From sequence record PZ386969.1: a DNA stretch of 64,000 nucleotides, one strand, 5' to 3'. The notes under the pieces were generated by a model. It ran no database searches and was not told the DNA's origin. It saw only the letters and a program-made list of their open reading frames with translations. A program made the translations under genes and the position numbers. The DNA is from a phage. Positions 9,025-17,650 of this stretch are shown here, in pieces (position 1 is the first letter of the stretch; every line of letters begins with the position of its first letter).

Positions 9025-9074
9025 ACCCACTCAACCAATATGTTCCCCTTTGACATTGATAGGATTTCTATACT

Positions 9075-11831
9075 ATGAAAATGCGCAAGTCCGAGCACTT
9101 TATCCGCTCGTCGTCTTCCATTCAGGGGCAGGCGTTCAACGTGAAGATGAACGATAAGATGTTTGAGACTCTGTTCTCATCATTGTATCGTTACAAAGAG
9201 GCTGCAGCCCTGCGCGAAACCGTCTGTAACGCCATCGACTCCCATGGCATGCGTGATCGTATGCACCGTGTGATGGCATCCCACTACGCGCCTCTCACTC
9301 CGCCTCCTGCCCGCCATAGCAAATACCTTGCACCGAAGGGTAAGCAGGTTGTTGTGCATCTACCTGATGACTTTGAACCATGGCTGGAAATACGTGATTA
9401 CGGCATCGGTCTGCCACTTGAGAAGATCATTGGCGAGCCTATCCCAGCGCAGGAAGATGAGGTGCTGCTGGAAGGCAACATGGTGGTTAAGGAAGATGAG
9501 ATCCCTGACTCAGCTGAGGTCATCGGCGTGCCTGCGTTCTATAATGGTGGTCTAGTGTTCCGTCGCGAAGATGGTGAAATCATTCGTACGCCTGGGTTGT
9601 ATACCACTCTCTTCCACAGTACGAAGGAAGAAGATGATGATCAGATTGGGGCATTCGGTCTTGGCTCCAAATCACCATTTGCGGTATCGGATTCGTTCAC
9701 AGTGGAAAGCCGCATGGACGGTAAACTCCATCGCTTCCTGATGTACCTGAATGCCAAGCGCATCCCGACTGTTGATCTGATCACCAAAGATCTTGAAACC
9801 CGTGATCCTAAGCCGGAAGACACCGATGAGTTCAACGGCATGACGGTGAAGATCCCGGTGAAGAACGCTCGCTTCTCCGCATTCTCTGATGAACTGGTCC
9901 GTCTTGGTCGTGTTATGCGCCCTGAACAACGTCCAATTGTTGAGAACGCTTCATACCGCTTCAGCTGGGAAGATATCAGTTATGATTTCAAGGTCAACAA
10001 CACGTACATCCAGCCGAAAGGCCAGGGGAACACCCACTACGCTGTGATGGGCGGCGTGTCATACCCGATTGACCTGGACCAGCTGGACCCGGACACTGCT
10101 TCCATCATGAGCAAGTTCCCGTCGTCTTATACATTCTTTGAACTCGGTTCCCTGAACGTACCGCCGTCGCGTGAAGACCTGTCGTATGACGAATTCACCC
10201 GTGAGACGCTCTCTGAGGAGTTTAAGGGCACCGCCAATGCAATCTTGACAGAAAAGATGCGTGACCTGGAGCTGGCGTGTAAGCGCGGTCCTCTTGCCCT
10301 GTATATGGAGAAGGTAAAACTGAGTGAAATGTTCGGCAGTGGGTTCCGCAAGATGGTTGAAAAGGAATACCCGGCAGACAAGCGCTTTCATGATTCATAT
10401 TACCGTTACCCGCTGCCTGTTGAGATCGACCGTGACTATGACCACACCGCGCCGTTCAATGAATTGTCGTCGCCGTTCTCTATGGAGATCTTCTATGACT
10501 GGGGTGAGTCCAGTAATTTGACCATTTCAGAAATCCAGAAGTGGATTGATCGCGGCCAGCATGTTACTGTGGTGATCGAAGATAGTGTTCGTGCACGTAA
10601 TCTGAAGATCAAGCAGCTGAAAGATACAGGGACGATAGTCATCGTGGCCAAGCCGAACACATCCTATGTCACCAAGCGCAACCAATCTAAGGACAACCCT
10701 GCGTTCAAGAATTCTCAGGCTCTCTATGATTTCTTTGAAACTTGGATTGGTAAAGAAGAAACGACGGTTGATTATCTGTGCTTCGCTGACAAGTTCGTCG
10801 ATTGGCTGAGTGCGGTGCTGGAGCCTGCTGAAGTTAAGTTCATGAACGAACTGACGTATGTCACGCCCCCGGTCACCAAAGACCCTGGCCTGTTTCCGTT
10901 CACGCGCAGCAACTTCGACATATACCAGTATGAAGAACTGACGGGCGACCAGATCTCAGATATCATCAACAAGGGCGAGCGCATCGTCTATATTGAGGTG
11001 TCTGGCCATGCGTGTATCCATCAGGTGATGGACAGAACGTTGACGACTGCGGCGGCGCGGGGTATTCGTAAATCTCTGTATGAGCACGCAGTCAGTGTCG
11101 ACGATGAAGGCAAGCCAGTGTACATCAGCGATATGTTGAACGTTCACAACCGAATCTTCTTGGCTCGTCGTAAATCCGTGCCAATGATGAAGAAGTTCCC
11201 AGAGGTCTTCATACCGATCGATGAAATCCTGAAGATCATGTTGGAAAACGTGAAGCCTATGATGGAGCGCGATAGCGCCAGGCGCATACTGGAATCATAC
11301 CGCCGCATGCGCCTTGGGGCGGATCGATTAAAATACGGGAGTCATCTGGTTCATCAGGCGTTTGGTGATGTTGAAGACGATCGTTATGGCAAATTGGTCA
11401 GCCGTTACAACAAGTTAATGAAAGTTGTGGACGATATCTTGGATGAGCAGACTGTACGTCATTACCAAAGCCTGGCGAAAGCCCCGGTTTCAATCAATGA
11501 CAAGCGTCGATTTAGCCATTTCCAGGACACAATACATTCTCTTAACGTGAATTTGTACGCCAACGAGCGTGACGAAAAGATCTTCCGTTCAGAACATCAG
11601 ATGCTACAGATCTTTGAATACGCTTCGGATGTGTTGCTGTCTCATGGATTTACACCGTTTGATATATCGAGGACTCCGTCATTGAAAGCAAGGCGGGAAA
11701 ACCGATTGACCATCGAGCGTCATCGTGTTGTCCGGTTCTTGAAAGAGAATTACAAACCAAGCGCCCTGAACCCGATTGAAAAATCTTCGGATTACTTGGA
11801 CGTTATTTCAAATTCCATTATCAGGGCATAA
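9075..11831 (+). CDS. rIIA: rIIA protein
   Basis: N-terminal region matches T4 rIIA by eye (VFETLFSSLYRYKEAAALRETVCNAIDSHG; FGLGSKSPF motif of the ATPase-like domain). Confidence 0.85.
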   Translation: MKMRKSEHFIRSSSSIQGQAFNVKMNDKMFETLFSSLYRYKEAAALRETVCNAIDSHGMRDRMHRVMASHYAPLTPPPARHSKYLAPKGKQVVVHLPDDFEPWLEIRDYGIGLPLEKIIGEPIPAQEDEVLLEGNMVVKEDEIPDSAEVIGVPAFYNGGLVFRREDGEIIRTPGLYTTLFHSTKEEDDDQIGAFGLGSKSPFAVSDSFTVESRMDGKLHRFLMYLNAKRIPTVDLITKDLETRDPKPEDTDEFNGMTVKIPVKNARFSAFSDELVRLGRVMRPEQRPIVENASYRFSWEDISYDFKVNNTYIQPKGQGNTHYAVMGGVSYPIDLDQLDPDTASIMSKFPSSYTFFELGSLNVPPSREDLSYDEFTRETLSEEFKGTANAILTEKMRDLELACKRGPLALYMEKVKLSEMFGSGFRKMVEKEYPADKRFHDSYYRYPLPVEIDRDYDHTAPFNELSSPFSMEIFYDWGESSNLTISEIQKWIDRGQHVTVVIEDSVRARNLKIKQLKDTGTIVIVAKPNTSYVTKRNQSKDNPAFKNSQALYDFFETWIGKEETTVDYLCFADKFVDWLSAVLEPAEVKFMNELTYVTPPVTKDPGLFPFTRSNFDIYQYEELTGDQISDIINKGERIVYIEVSGHACIHQVMDRTLTTAAARGIRKSLYEHAVSVDDEGKPVYISDMLNVHNRIFLARRKSVPMMKKFPEVFIPIDEILKIMLENVKPMMERDSARRILESYRRMRLGADRLKYGSHLVHQAFGDVEDDRYGKLVSRYNKLMKVVDDILDEQTVRHYQSLAKAPVSINDKRRFSHFQDTIHSLNVNLYANERDEKIFRSEHQMLQIFEYASDVLLSHGFTPFDISRTPSLKARRENRLTIERHRVVRFLKENYKPSALNPIEKSSDYLDVISNSIIRA

Positions 11832-11862
11832 TAGTCCTGTTAACCAACGTGGGAACTACAAG

Positions 11863-13428
11863 ATGAACAAGATTGACGAAAAGATCCTGAAGTATTTGAA
11901 GGAAGGCAAAAGCCAGAGCGCAATTGCTACTCTGTTGGGCATACCCCGCTCGACTGTACAACGTGTTTCCGACACGGAAATTGGTGTTGACCCTACTTCG
12001 CTGAAATCCCTGACAACAGATCAGATCGCCAATATCCAAAGGGATTCGGCGGCAGGTAATGTCAGCAATGCATTCTTGGCCAAGGTGTACGGTGTGTCCG
12101 CCAAGACCATTGCTCGCGCTCTGTTGGTCCGGATTACCGAGGAGAAAAACAAGGTAACTGTGATCTCTCCTATCAAGCCGGAAGAACAAGAAGTATTCGA
12201 GGTCCAACCGGGCGGCACGGCCAAAGACAAAGATGGCACAGAATGGTATGTTGGGGCATATCTGCCGAACCACAACAAGTATCTGTGTCTCACTAACGAC
12301 GGCAATTTCAAAGGGGCTTTCTTTGAAAAGTCTGAATTGACTCCTGTGGAAGGTGATAGTTGCGCTTTCGATGTTGAAGCTATCGGCGAGATGGCAGAAA
12401 TTTCTGTGGCACTGTCAGAAGGTGCGGACAAAGTTCCGAGCAACGTTGAAATCAGCGTTGTGGTTGACGGGGAAACCTATCCTATCCGTGGATCCTTGGA
12501 TGCCCGTCGCCGTGTTGGTTACTTTGATGGCATCCTCGGTCGCACCCTGCGTCTGGCTCTGTCTTCTGTAGAATTCGCCGTCGCTGTCAAAGACGTTGAA
12601 GAAGTGGCTGATGATAAGAAGACCAAGCAGGACTTCGGCGCGAAAGACCTGGACGTGTTCCTGAACGAACACCAGATCCTGATTCTGCCTGACAGCGTTG
12701 TTATCGCGATTGACGGCAAGCCGGAAACGATCACCACTTCACACCCGGCCTATGACCGCATCGTACAGGCGATCAAAGACAAAGACGTGAAGCTGGCATA
12801 CTCGCTGATGCGTCCTCGTGAAGCCATCGCGAAGTACGCTGCTGGTCTGGTAGACGTGTCTGACAACCGTGTCCGCTGGTCCGGTCATGACATCACAGGC
12901 ACATCCATCGCCAAGCGTGTACTGGCGCTGATGCTGAAGGGTGACTTCCACAACCTGGACCGCATGGCGAAGTTTATGGACAAAATGTTCCAGAACCCGT
13001 CAGCTTCTCTGGTTCAGTCTGGGCGCATCTATGAGTTCATGGCGTACTCTGACATCGAAATTGACGACGATGGTGACATCATCCTCTACAAATCGGTGCG
13101 CGGCAACTACATGGACAAGCACAGCAACACGATCAGCAACGCCCCAGGCACTATCGTGCGGATGGCTCGCTCATTCGTGAACGACAACAACTCTGATCTG
13201 TGTTCATACGGTCTGCACGTTTGCTCCCTGGCCTATCTGAAACAGTGCTTCGGTTCTGTTGGCCAGCGCGTTGTTCGTTGTAAGCTGAACCCGCGCGACA
13301 TCGTGTCTATCACCAACGATTACGGCTCCAGCAAGATCCGCTGCTGTGAATATCTGGTGTTGGATGATTACACGGCTGAGTACAATCGCCAGCACAAGTC
13401 TATTGACGTCACTGGTCTGTACAAGTAA
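11863..13428 (+). CDS. rIIB: rIIB protein
   Basis: C-terminal region matches T4 rIIB by eye (SYGLHVCSLAYLKQCFGS..VVRCKLNPRDIVSI); start set at ATG 11863 (MNKIDEK) after rIIA stop. Confidence 0.85.
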   Translation: MNKIDEKILKYLKEGKSQSAIATLLGIPRSTVQRVSDTEIGVDPTSLKSLTTDQIANIQRDSAAGNVSNAFLAKVYGVSAKTIARALLVRITEEKNKVTVISPIKPEEQEVFEVQPGGTAKDKDGTEWYVGAYLPNHNKYLCLTNDGNFKGAFFEKSELTPVEGDSCAFDVEAIGEMAEISVALSEGADKVPSNVEISVVVDGETYPIRGSLDARRRVGYFDGILGRTLRLALSSVEFAVAVKDVEEVADDKKTKQDFGAKDLDVFLNEHQILILPDSVVIAIDGKPETITTSHPAYDRIVQAIKDKDVKLAYSLMRPREAIAKYAAGLVDVSDNRVRWSGHDITGTSIAKRVLALMLKGDFHNLDRMAKFMDKMFQNPSASLVQSGRIYEFMAYSDIEIDDDGDIILYKSVRGNYMDKHSNTISNAPGTIVRMARSFVNDNNSDLCSYGLHVCSLAYLKQCFGSVGQRVVRCKLNPRDIVSITNDYGSSKIRCCEYLVLDDYTAEYNRQHKSIDVTGLYK

Positions 13429-13444
13429 CCAAACCCCATCCACC

Positions 13445-13470
13445 AAGGAGGCCGGAGCCTCCTTTCTTTT
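13445..13470 (+). terminator. Rho-independent terminator
   Basis: Stem AAGGAGGC/GCCTCCTT loop CGGA followed by TCTTTTG. Confidence 0.6.
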
Positions 13471-13479
13471 GAGGTCGAT

Positions 13480-13785
13480 ATGTTAACCAACGACGTCTAC
13501 TTCAAATATGCAAGGCAGACATACGGCTCGCACCGCGTGACAGACAAGTTCCTGATTGACTCCTTCCAGTTTGAAGGGGAGATGAGGGAATACTCACACA
13601 AACAATTCCCACCCCGTGAAGTGCATGGTGACCAGTTCGTGAAATTGTTCTGTCGCTGTGGTGGATGTGATTTCACGGATGATGGTTACGCAATGCACGT
13701 GTACTGCTGTAATTGCTGTGGTAAATACGTAACAGTCTATAGGAGAACCGAACATGGCCAAGAAACCAGAAGTCAAGAAAGTTGA
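13480..13785 (+). CDS. Cys-rich hypothetical protein
   Basis: ORF with CxxC-type clusters (CRCGGC, CCNCCG); 3' end overlaps next gene by 32 nt. Confidence 0.35.
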   Translation: MLTNDVYFKYARQTYGSHRVTDKFLIDSFQFEGEMREYSHKQFPPREVHGDQFVKLFCRCGGCDFTDDGYAMHVYCCNCCGKYVTVYRRTEHGQETRSQES

Positions 13786-14179
13786 AATTAAAACCGAAGC
13801 CCCAGTCGATGACATCCAGGCGAAGGAGGAAGGTGTGTTGCCTACCTACCTACAACGCGCCATCGATAACATCCCTCCAGGGGGAGACGGAGGCGTCGTC
13901 TACGCTGGCGGGTACGGTTGGGTGTGCGAATACCAAGACGGCACGAAGGAACTCCTCCAGGAGCTTCCAGGGCTGGCTGCGACCCTCAAGCGTTATGGTC
14001 GCGACAAGTTCGGCAAGCCGTTTGAAACCGGGGCTGTGATTGAAACCAACATCACAGTCGAGACTCTGAACCTGCTGGGTGAAGATGATCTCAAGTTGTT
14101 GGCTGCGCCGCTGGGTATCACAGAAGAAGATCGCATTCAGCTGATTGCGAAGCTGATCGAAAAATTGCAGATTAAATAA
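13754..14179 (+). CDS. Hypothetical protein
   Basis: ATG preceded by TAGGAG. Confidence 0.45.
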   Translation: MAKKPEVKKVEIKTEAPVDDIQAKEEGVLPTYLQRAIDNIPPGGDGGVVYAGGYGWVCEYQDGTKELLQELPGLAATLKRYGRDKFGKPFETGAVIETNITVETLNLLGEDDLKLLAAPLGITEEDRIQLIAKLIEKLQIK

Positions 14180-14209
14180 GCCGGTGTACAACAGCTGAAC
14201 TTATTCAAT

Positions 14210-14602
14210 ATGCCTATCGTTGACGAAAGCAACTTGATGGATTATGCACTGAGGCATTATATTGTAGATTCTGTCTCGTGGGATGAACTGCTGGTAGACA
14301 TTCAGCGGATTTCGCTAATTAATCAATCATTGAAGAGATTTGTCCCTGGTAAGAGTCCTCGGTTGATTCTCAATCAATTGATTACTGTCTTCAATACGTT
14401 CGAAACAGAGGCTGCTTGTCGCATGCTCGTTTTGAAGGTGGATAAGCCCCAGTTGCCACGCCTCAAGGCTGCTTTGTTGACATTAGGCGTATGGCGCGAT
14501 GATTTATGTTCCGGTTCATACGAACCAGATAATGAGCTGATGATGGCTCTGAACAACGATTTGGATGAGTGGAGGAAACCATGCCAACGATCACTGTATT
14601 AG
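14210..14602 (+). CDS. Hypothetical protein
   Basis: ORF; 3' end overlaps next gene. Confidence 0.4.
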   Translation: MPIVDESNLMDYALRHYIVDSVSWDELLVDIQRISLINQSLKRFVPGKSPRLILNQLITVFNTFETEAACRMLVLKVDKPQLPRLKAALLTLGVWRDDLCSGSYEPDNELMMALNNDLDEWRKPCQRSLY

Positions 14603-15390
14603 TAGCACCGGAAGTTGTTCGCAACAAACCGGAAACTGAGCGTCTTCACACTGTAACAGGTACTGCTCGTGGTTGGGAAAAGACCAGTCTTAACCAAGAC
14701 CCAGACGAGATCCTGACTGAGTGTAAAGGTCTGGATGCACTGCTGACCAAGAGCAATTTGCAGGCCGATGGCGTCACCAAAGTGGATCCAACCAAGCCCG
14801 TTGGCTTCCAGCTGTCTTATGAAATCCACGACCCAAGCGCTGTGCTGACCACTGGCCTGACCATCACCCCTGAAACTGCTAATGGTGAAGTCGGTCAGGT
14901 TGTTGAACTGAAGGCGGTCGTCGCTCCGGAGAACGCGACCTACCAGGGTGTCAACTGGTACTCTGGCGATCTGACCAAAGCTGTGCACATCGGTGGTGGT
15001 AAATTCAAGCTGCTGGCACCGGGTTCAGTGACTGTTTACGGTGTAACCATCGAAGGTGACCACACCGACTCTACCGTCATCACAGTGGCTGGCGCTCTGT
15101 CTCTGTCTACCGATCTGGCCGCTTCTCAGGATGTAACAACAGGTGAATCCGCAACCTTCACCATCGCTGCTACAGGCGGCACTACCCCATACACACATAC
15201 TTGGTACTTCTCTGATGTCCCTGGTGGTGAAGGTGAGGTGATCGATGCTGGCACTAACCCCACTGCTGCAACTGCGAGCCTGGTTATCACTACAGTTGCT
15301 GCCGAAAACGAGGGTGAGTACTGGTGTGTTGTTGAAGACGCTGACGGCCACTCTGTGACCTCTACTCGTTGCGAAATGGCTGCGGTCTAA
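14581..15390 (+). CDS. Ig-like domain protein (Big_2-like plus I-set-like)
   Basis: ATG 14581 preceded by GGAGGA; Big_2-like segment and Ig I-set-like segment (EGEYWCVV). Confidence 0.55.
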   Translation: MPTITVLVAPEVVRNKPETERLHTVTGTARGWEKTSLNQDPDEILTECKGLDALLTKSNLQADGVTKVDPTKPVGFQLSYEIHDPSAVLTTGLTITPETANGEVGQVVELKAVVAPENATYQGVNWYSGDLTKAVHIGGGKFKLLAPGSVTVYGVTIEGDHTDSTVITVAGALSLSTDLAASQDVTTGESATFTIAATGGTTPYTHTWYFSDVPGGEGEVIDAGTNPTAATASLVITTVAAENEGEYWCVVEDADGHSVTSTRCEMAAV

Positions 15391-15392
15391 TC

Positions 15393-15626
15393 ATGAAAGG
15401 CTTCCAGGACTTCCTTGAAGACTCAGCAGCCCCTGGAACCACGACCGCCGATGTGGGGAAACCCGAAGGCGGTATGGTGAAAGAGCCTGTCAAGAAGCCC
15501 AAGGATCTTGAGGAAGAACAAGAGCAGACCTCCTTCCAAAAGATCTTTGGAAACATCTTCAAAGACCTCGACCTGAAGAATGCGCGAAAGTGGAACTTCA
15601 GGACAGGCAAATATGAAGAGGAATGA
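15393..15626 (+). CDS. Hypothetical protein
   Basis: ATG 15393 in frame with track ORF 15369. Confidence 0.35.
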   Translation: MKGFQDFLEDSAAPGTTTADVGKPEGGMVKEPVKKPKDLEEEQEQTSFQKIFGNIFKDLDLKNARKWNFRTGKYEEE

Positions 15627-15657
15627 GCCATGAACGCGATGATCATGGGTTAACAAA

Positions 15658-15677
15658 AGAGGCTCCGGCCTCTTTTT
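15658..15677 (+). terminator. Rho-independent terminator
   Basis: Stem AGAGGC/GCCTCT loop TCCG followed by TTTT. Confidence 0.6.
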
Positions 15678-15695
15678 CATTTCCAGCATTTGGTG

Positions 15696-15701
15696 TATAA
15701 T
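15696..15701 (+). promoter_or_regulatory. Sigma70-type -10 element
   Basis: Exact TATAAT directly after the terminator; possible -35 TTTTCA 16 nt upstream. Confidence 0.35.
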
Positions 15702-15744
15702 GGAACCGTTCCCCATGAGCGGAACCTATCTGAGGATACACCAA

Positions 15745-16245
15745 ATGAAATCCATGGTCAAACGTAAAGTCGAAATCTCCCTGACTGCCCATATTGAAAT
15801 GGTCCAACAACTTATCCTGGATGCGTATGAAATCCAGAAAGATCGCCAATCGAGGGGAGGTGTGACGGACCCCACCTGTCCTGGAAACATACTGTACTAT
15901 CGCATGCTGCGCCAGACTGGGCACACCGCCGCGCTGAAGAAGATTCTGTCCTATGATTTCCAGACAGAGAACAACCTCAACATCATGGGTGTCTTCCATA
16001 GCGTTAGTGAACGCGATTCTTTCTTCCGCTCCCGAGCAGGCGCGGATGTATCATTGCCCGATGTAGACAAGAAACAGCACACGACAACCATCTCCCATTA
16101 CATGGGCACGGGCATCGATAAAGCAAATATCATCGTGTTCTCTGATACGTTGCATGACCCCAAGCGCCTTGCATCTGCGCATGAAATGCTGCGGGAAGGT
16201 CGCAGCGCCCTCACTAATTTGACTTTAGTAGTGTTTCTGGGCTAG
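15745..16245 (+). CDS. Hypothetical protein
   Basis: Start taken at ATG 15745 (GAGGA upstream) because track start 15700 overlaps the TATAAT; start uncertain. Confidence 0.45.
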   Translation: MKSMVKRKVEISLTAHIEMVQQLILDAYEIQKDRQSRGGVTDPTCPGNILYYRMLRQTGHTAALKKILSYDFQTENNLNIMGVFHSVSERDSFFRSRAGADVSLPDVDKKQHTTTISHYMGTGIDKANIIVFSDTLHDPKRLASAHEMLREGRSALTNLTLVVFLG

Positions 16246-16294
16246 ATAGTTACAGGGGAGTTTCCTCCCCTATTTCCCTAACAGGAGGTGCGCA

Positions 16295-16492
16295 ATGTAT
16301 AAGTTCAGAATTAACAGAGAACGTAATTCGTTCAAATTCGGTGTAATCGCTGGGGTGTGTTTGTTCCTGGCGCTCGAAAGCGTTATCGGCCTGCTTACAA
16401 CACCACAAATGCAGGTGACTCGTTACCTTCTTGCCATTATATTTTCTGTTGTCGGTTTACTCTGCTCCTATTTGGGGTGTGTGAAGAAATAA
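16295..16492 (+). CDS. Small membrane protein
   Basis: Strong RBS AGGAGG; two hydrophobic helices. Confidence 0.5.
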   Translation: MYKFRINRERNSFKFGVIAGVCLFLALESVIGLLTTPQMQVTRYLLAIIFSVVGLLCSYLGCVKK

Positions 16493-16534
16493 ACTGGCTA
16501 CACACAGCAATACTTTGATTTGAGAAACTACATC

Positions 16535-17023
16535 ATGATGCTGTTAATGAGCGTTCCACAGAACAAGATGACCCCTGCAACAGAGGGTAAGAATCACTTC
16601 AACATCTATAGCCGGAGCCAGACGGAACTCGGGCGCTTCCTCTCGCATTTTACCCATCATCCAATGACTACCCATGAACATGGTGTGTTTAACTCCATGG
16701 AGGGGTACTGGTATTGGCTGAAGTATAGGGATGACAACCTGCGCCTGCTCGACGGTTATGAGGCCAAGCAATATGGACAGGGATTGGCGGCTTCCCGCGT
16801 GATTGTCCTGGACCCGTCTACCGAAGAATTCAAGCGCGATATCCTATTTGCAACTAGTATGAAACTCCAGACAATGCCTGAACGTCTGAAGATCAGATTG
16901 GCGTACAGTCGCCTACCCCTGATCCATGCATATGTTCAGAACGGGAAATACAGTTTTCAAAACTCTATGGACTATATCATTGCCCACATTAATCGTCTCC
17001 GCATACAAGGAACTTTGAAATGA
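16535..17023 (+). CDS. NADAR (YbiA/DUF1768)-like protein
   Basis: Pattern FNIYSRS...THEHGVFNSMEGYWYWLK parallels remembered E. coli YbiA (NFYSTS...TSEHYFQAQKF); divergent. Confidence 0.45.
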   Translation: MMLLMSVPQNKMTPATEGKNHFNIYSRSQTELGRFLSHFTHHPMTTHEHGVFNSMEGYWYWLKYRDDNLRLLDGYEAKQYGQGLAASRVIVLDPSTEEFKRDILFATSMKLQTMPERLKIRLAYSRLPLIHAYVQNGKYSFQNSMDYIIAHINRLRIQGTLK

Positions 17024-17601
17024 AATTTCTACACACTATCGTCGACACTTCTTATGACTGCACTGCTCATACCCCAGACCGTTCGCCTGTGTTTGTTCTG
17101 AACAAACTAGGTGAAGAGATCTGTGAACTGTCTGATGTGTTTCATGGCATAGTATCTTCCGAGCCGTTGAATGGCGAAGTTGCTGATGTCATTATCTCTG
17201 CTATTGACCTTCTGTACGTCATGGATTATGACGACGTCCAAATGCGCGGCTCTCTGAACAAGGCCGAAATGATCGACTCTGTCATCAACCACATGGCGAC
17301 AGTGAACGATATTTCTTCTAATCTGTTGGAAGAAGACTGGTTCCGTCTGATTGATCGTGATCCTCAAAAGCATCTGAATCTTATCCATCATTATCATGGC
17401 CGGATTATCCGGTTGTGCAACCAGCCTTATCGCAGTCAAGACAGATTGGATCATCTTGTCAATGACCTAATCAAGCATGTTGCGCGCATGGGGTGTGGGG
17501 AAGGGGCGATCCGTGGATCCTCTTTGACGGCCACTCGCATTAAAGTGGAGCACGCTATTGAACACAAGGTTGAAAAGTGGCGTAGCAAATTTGGTCTATA
17601 A
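17020..17601 (+). CDS. MazG-like nucleotide pyrophosphohydrolase
   Basis: KLGEEICELSD ... EVADVIISAIDLLY resembles the MazG/HisE EExxE...D motifs. Confidence 0.5.
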   Translation: MKFLHTIVDTSYDCTAHTPDRSPVFVLNKLGEEICELSDVFHGIVSSEPLNGEVADVIISAIDLLYVMDYDDVQMRGSLNKAEMIDSVINHMATVNDISSNLLEEDWFRLIDRDPQKHLNLIHHYHGRIIRLCNQPYRSQDRLDHLVNDLIKHVARMGCGEGAIRGSSLTATRIKVEHAIEHKVEKWRSKFGL

Positions 17602-17650
17602 GCCGACCCCATACATAATCTTGTGTGTTTACCATTGACGGGATAGGCCG

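Noticed and set aside
9049-9074. Canonical sigma70 promoter TTGACA upstream of rIIA
   Set aside because: The only -10-like hexamers are 13-15 nt after the TTGACA and abut the ATG, leaving no room for a leader; the TTCAAT-N15-TATTAT element further upstream fits better
9328-11147. Track ORFs inside or antisense to rIIA (9328-9555, 9641-9841, 9672-9929, 10059-10391, 10127-10381, 10324-10521, 10772-10984, 10956-11147)
   Set aside because: All lie within a strongly supported 918-aa gene, in other frames or on the opposite strand, with no RBS; treated as frame artefacts
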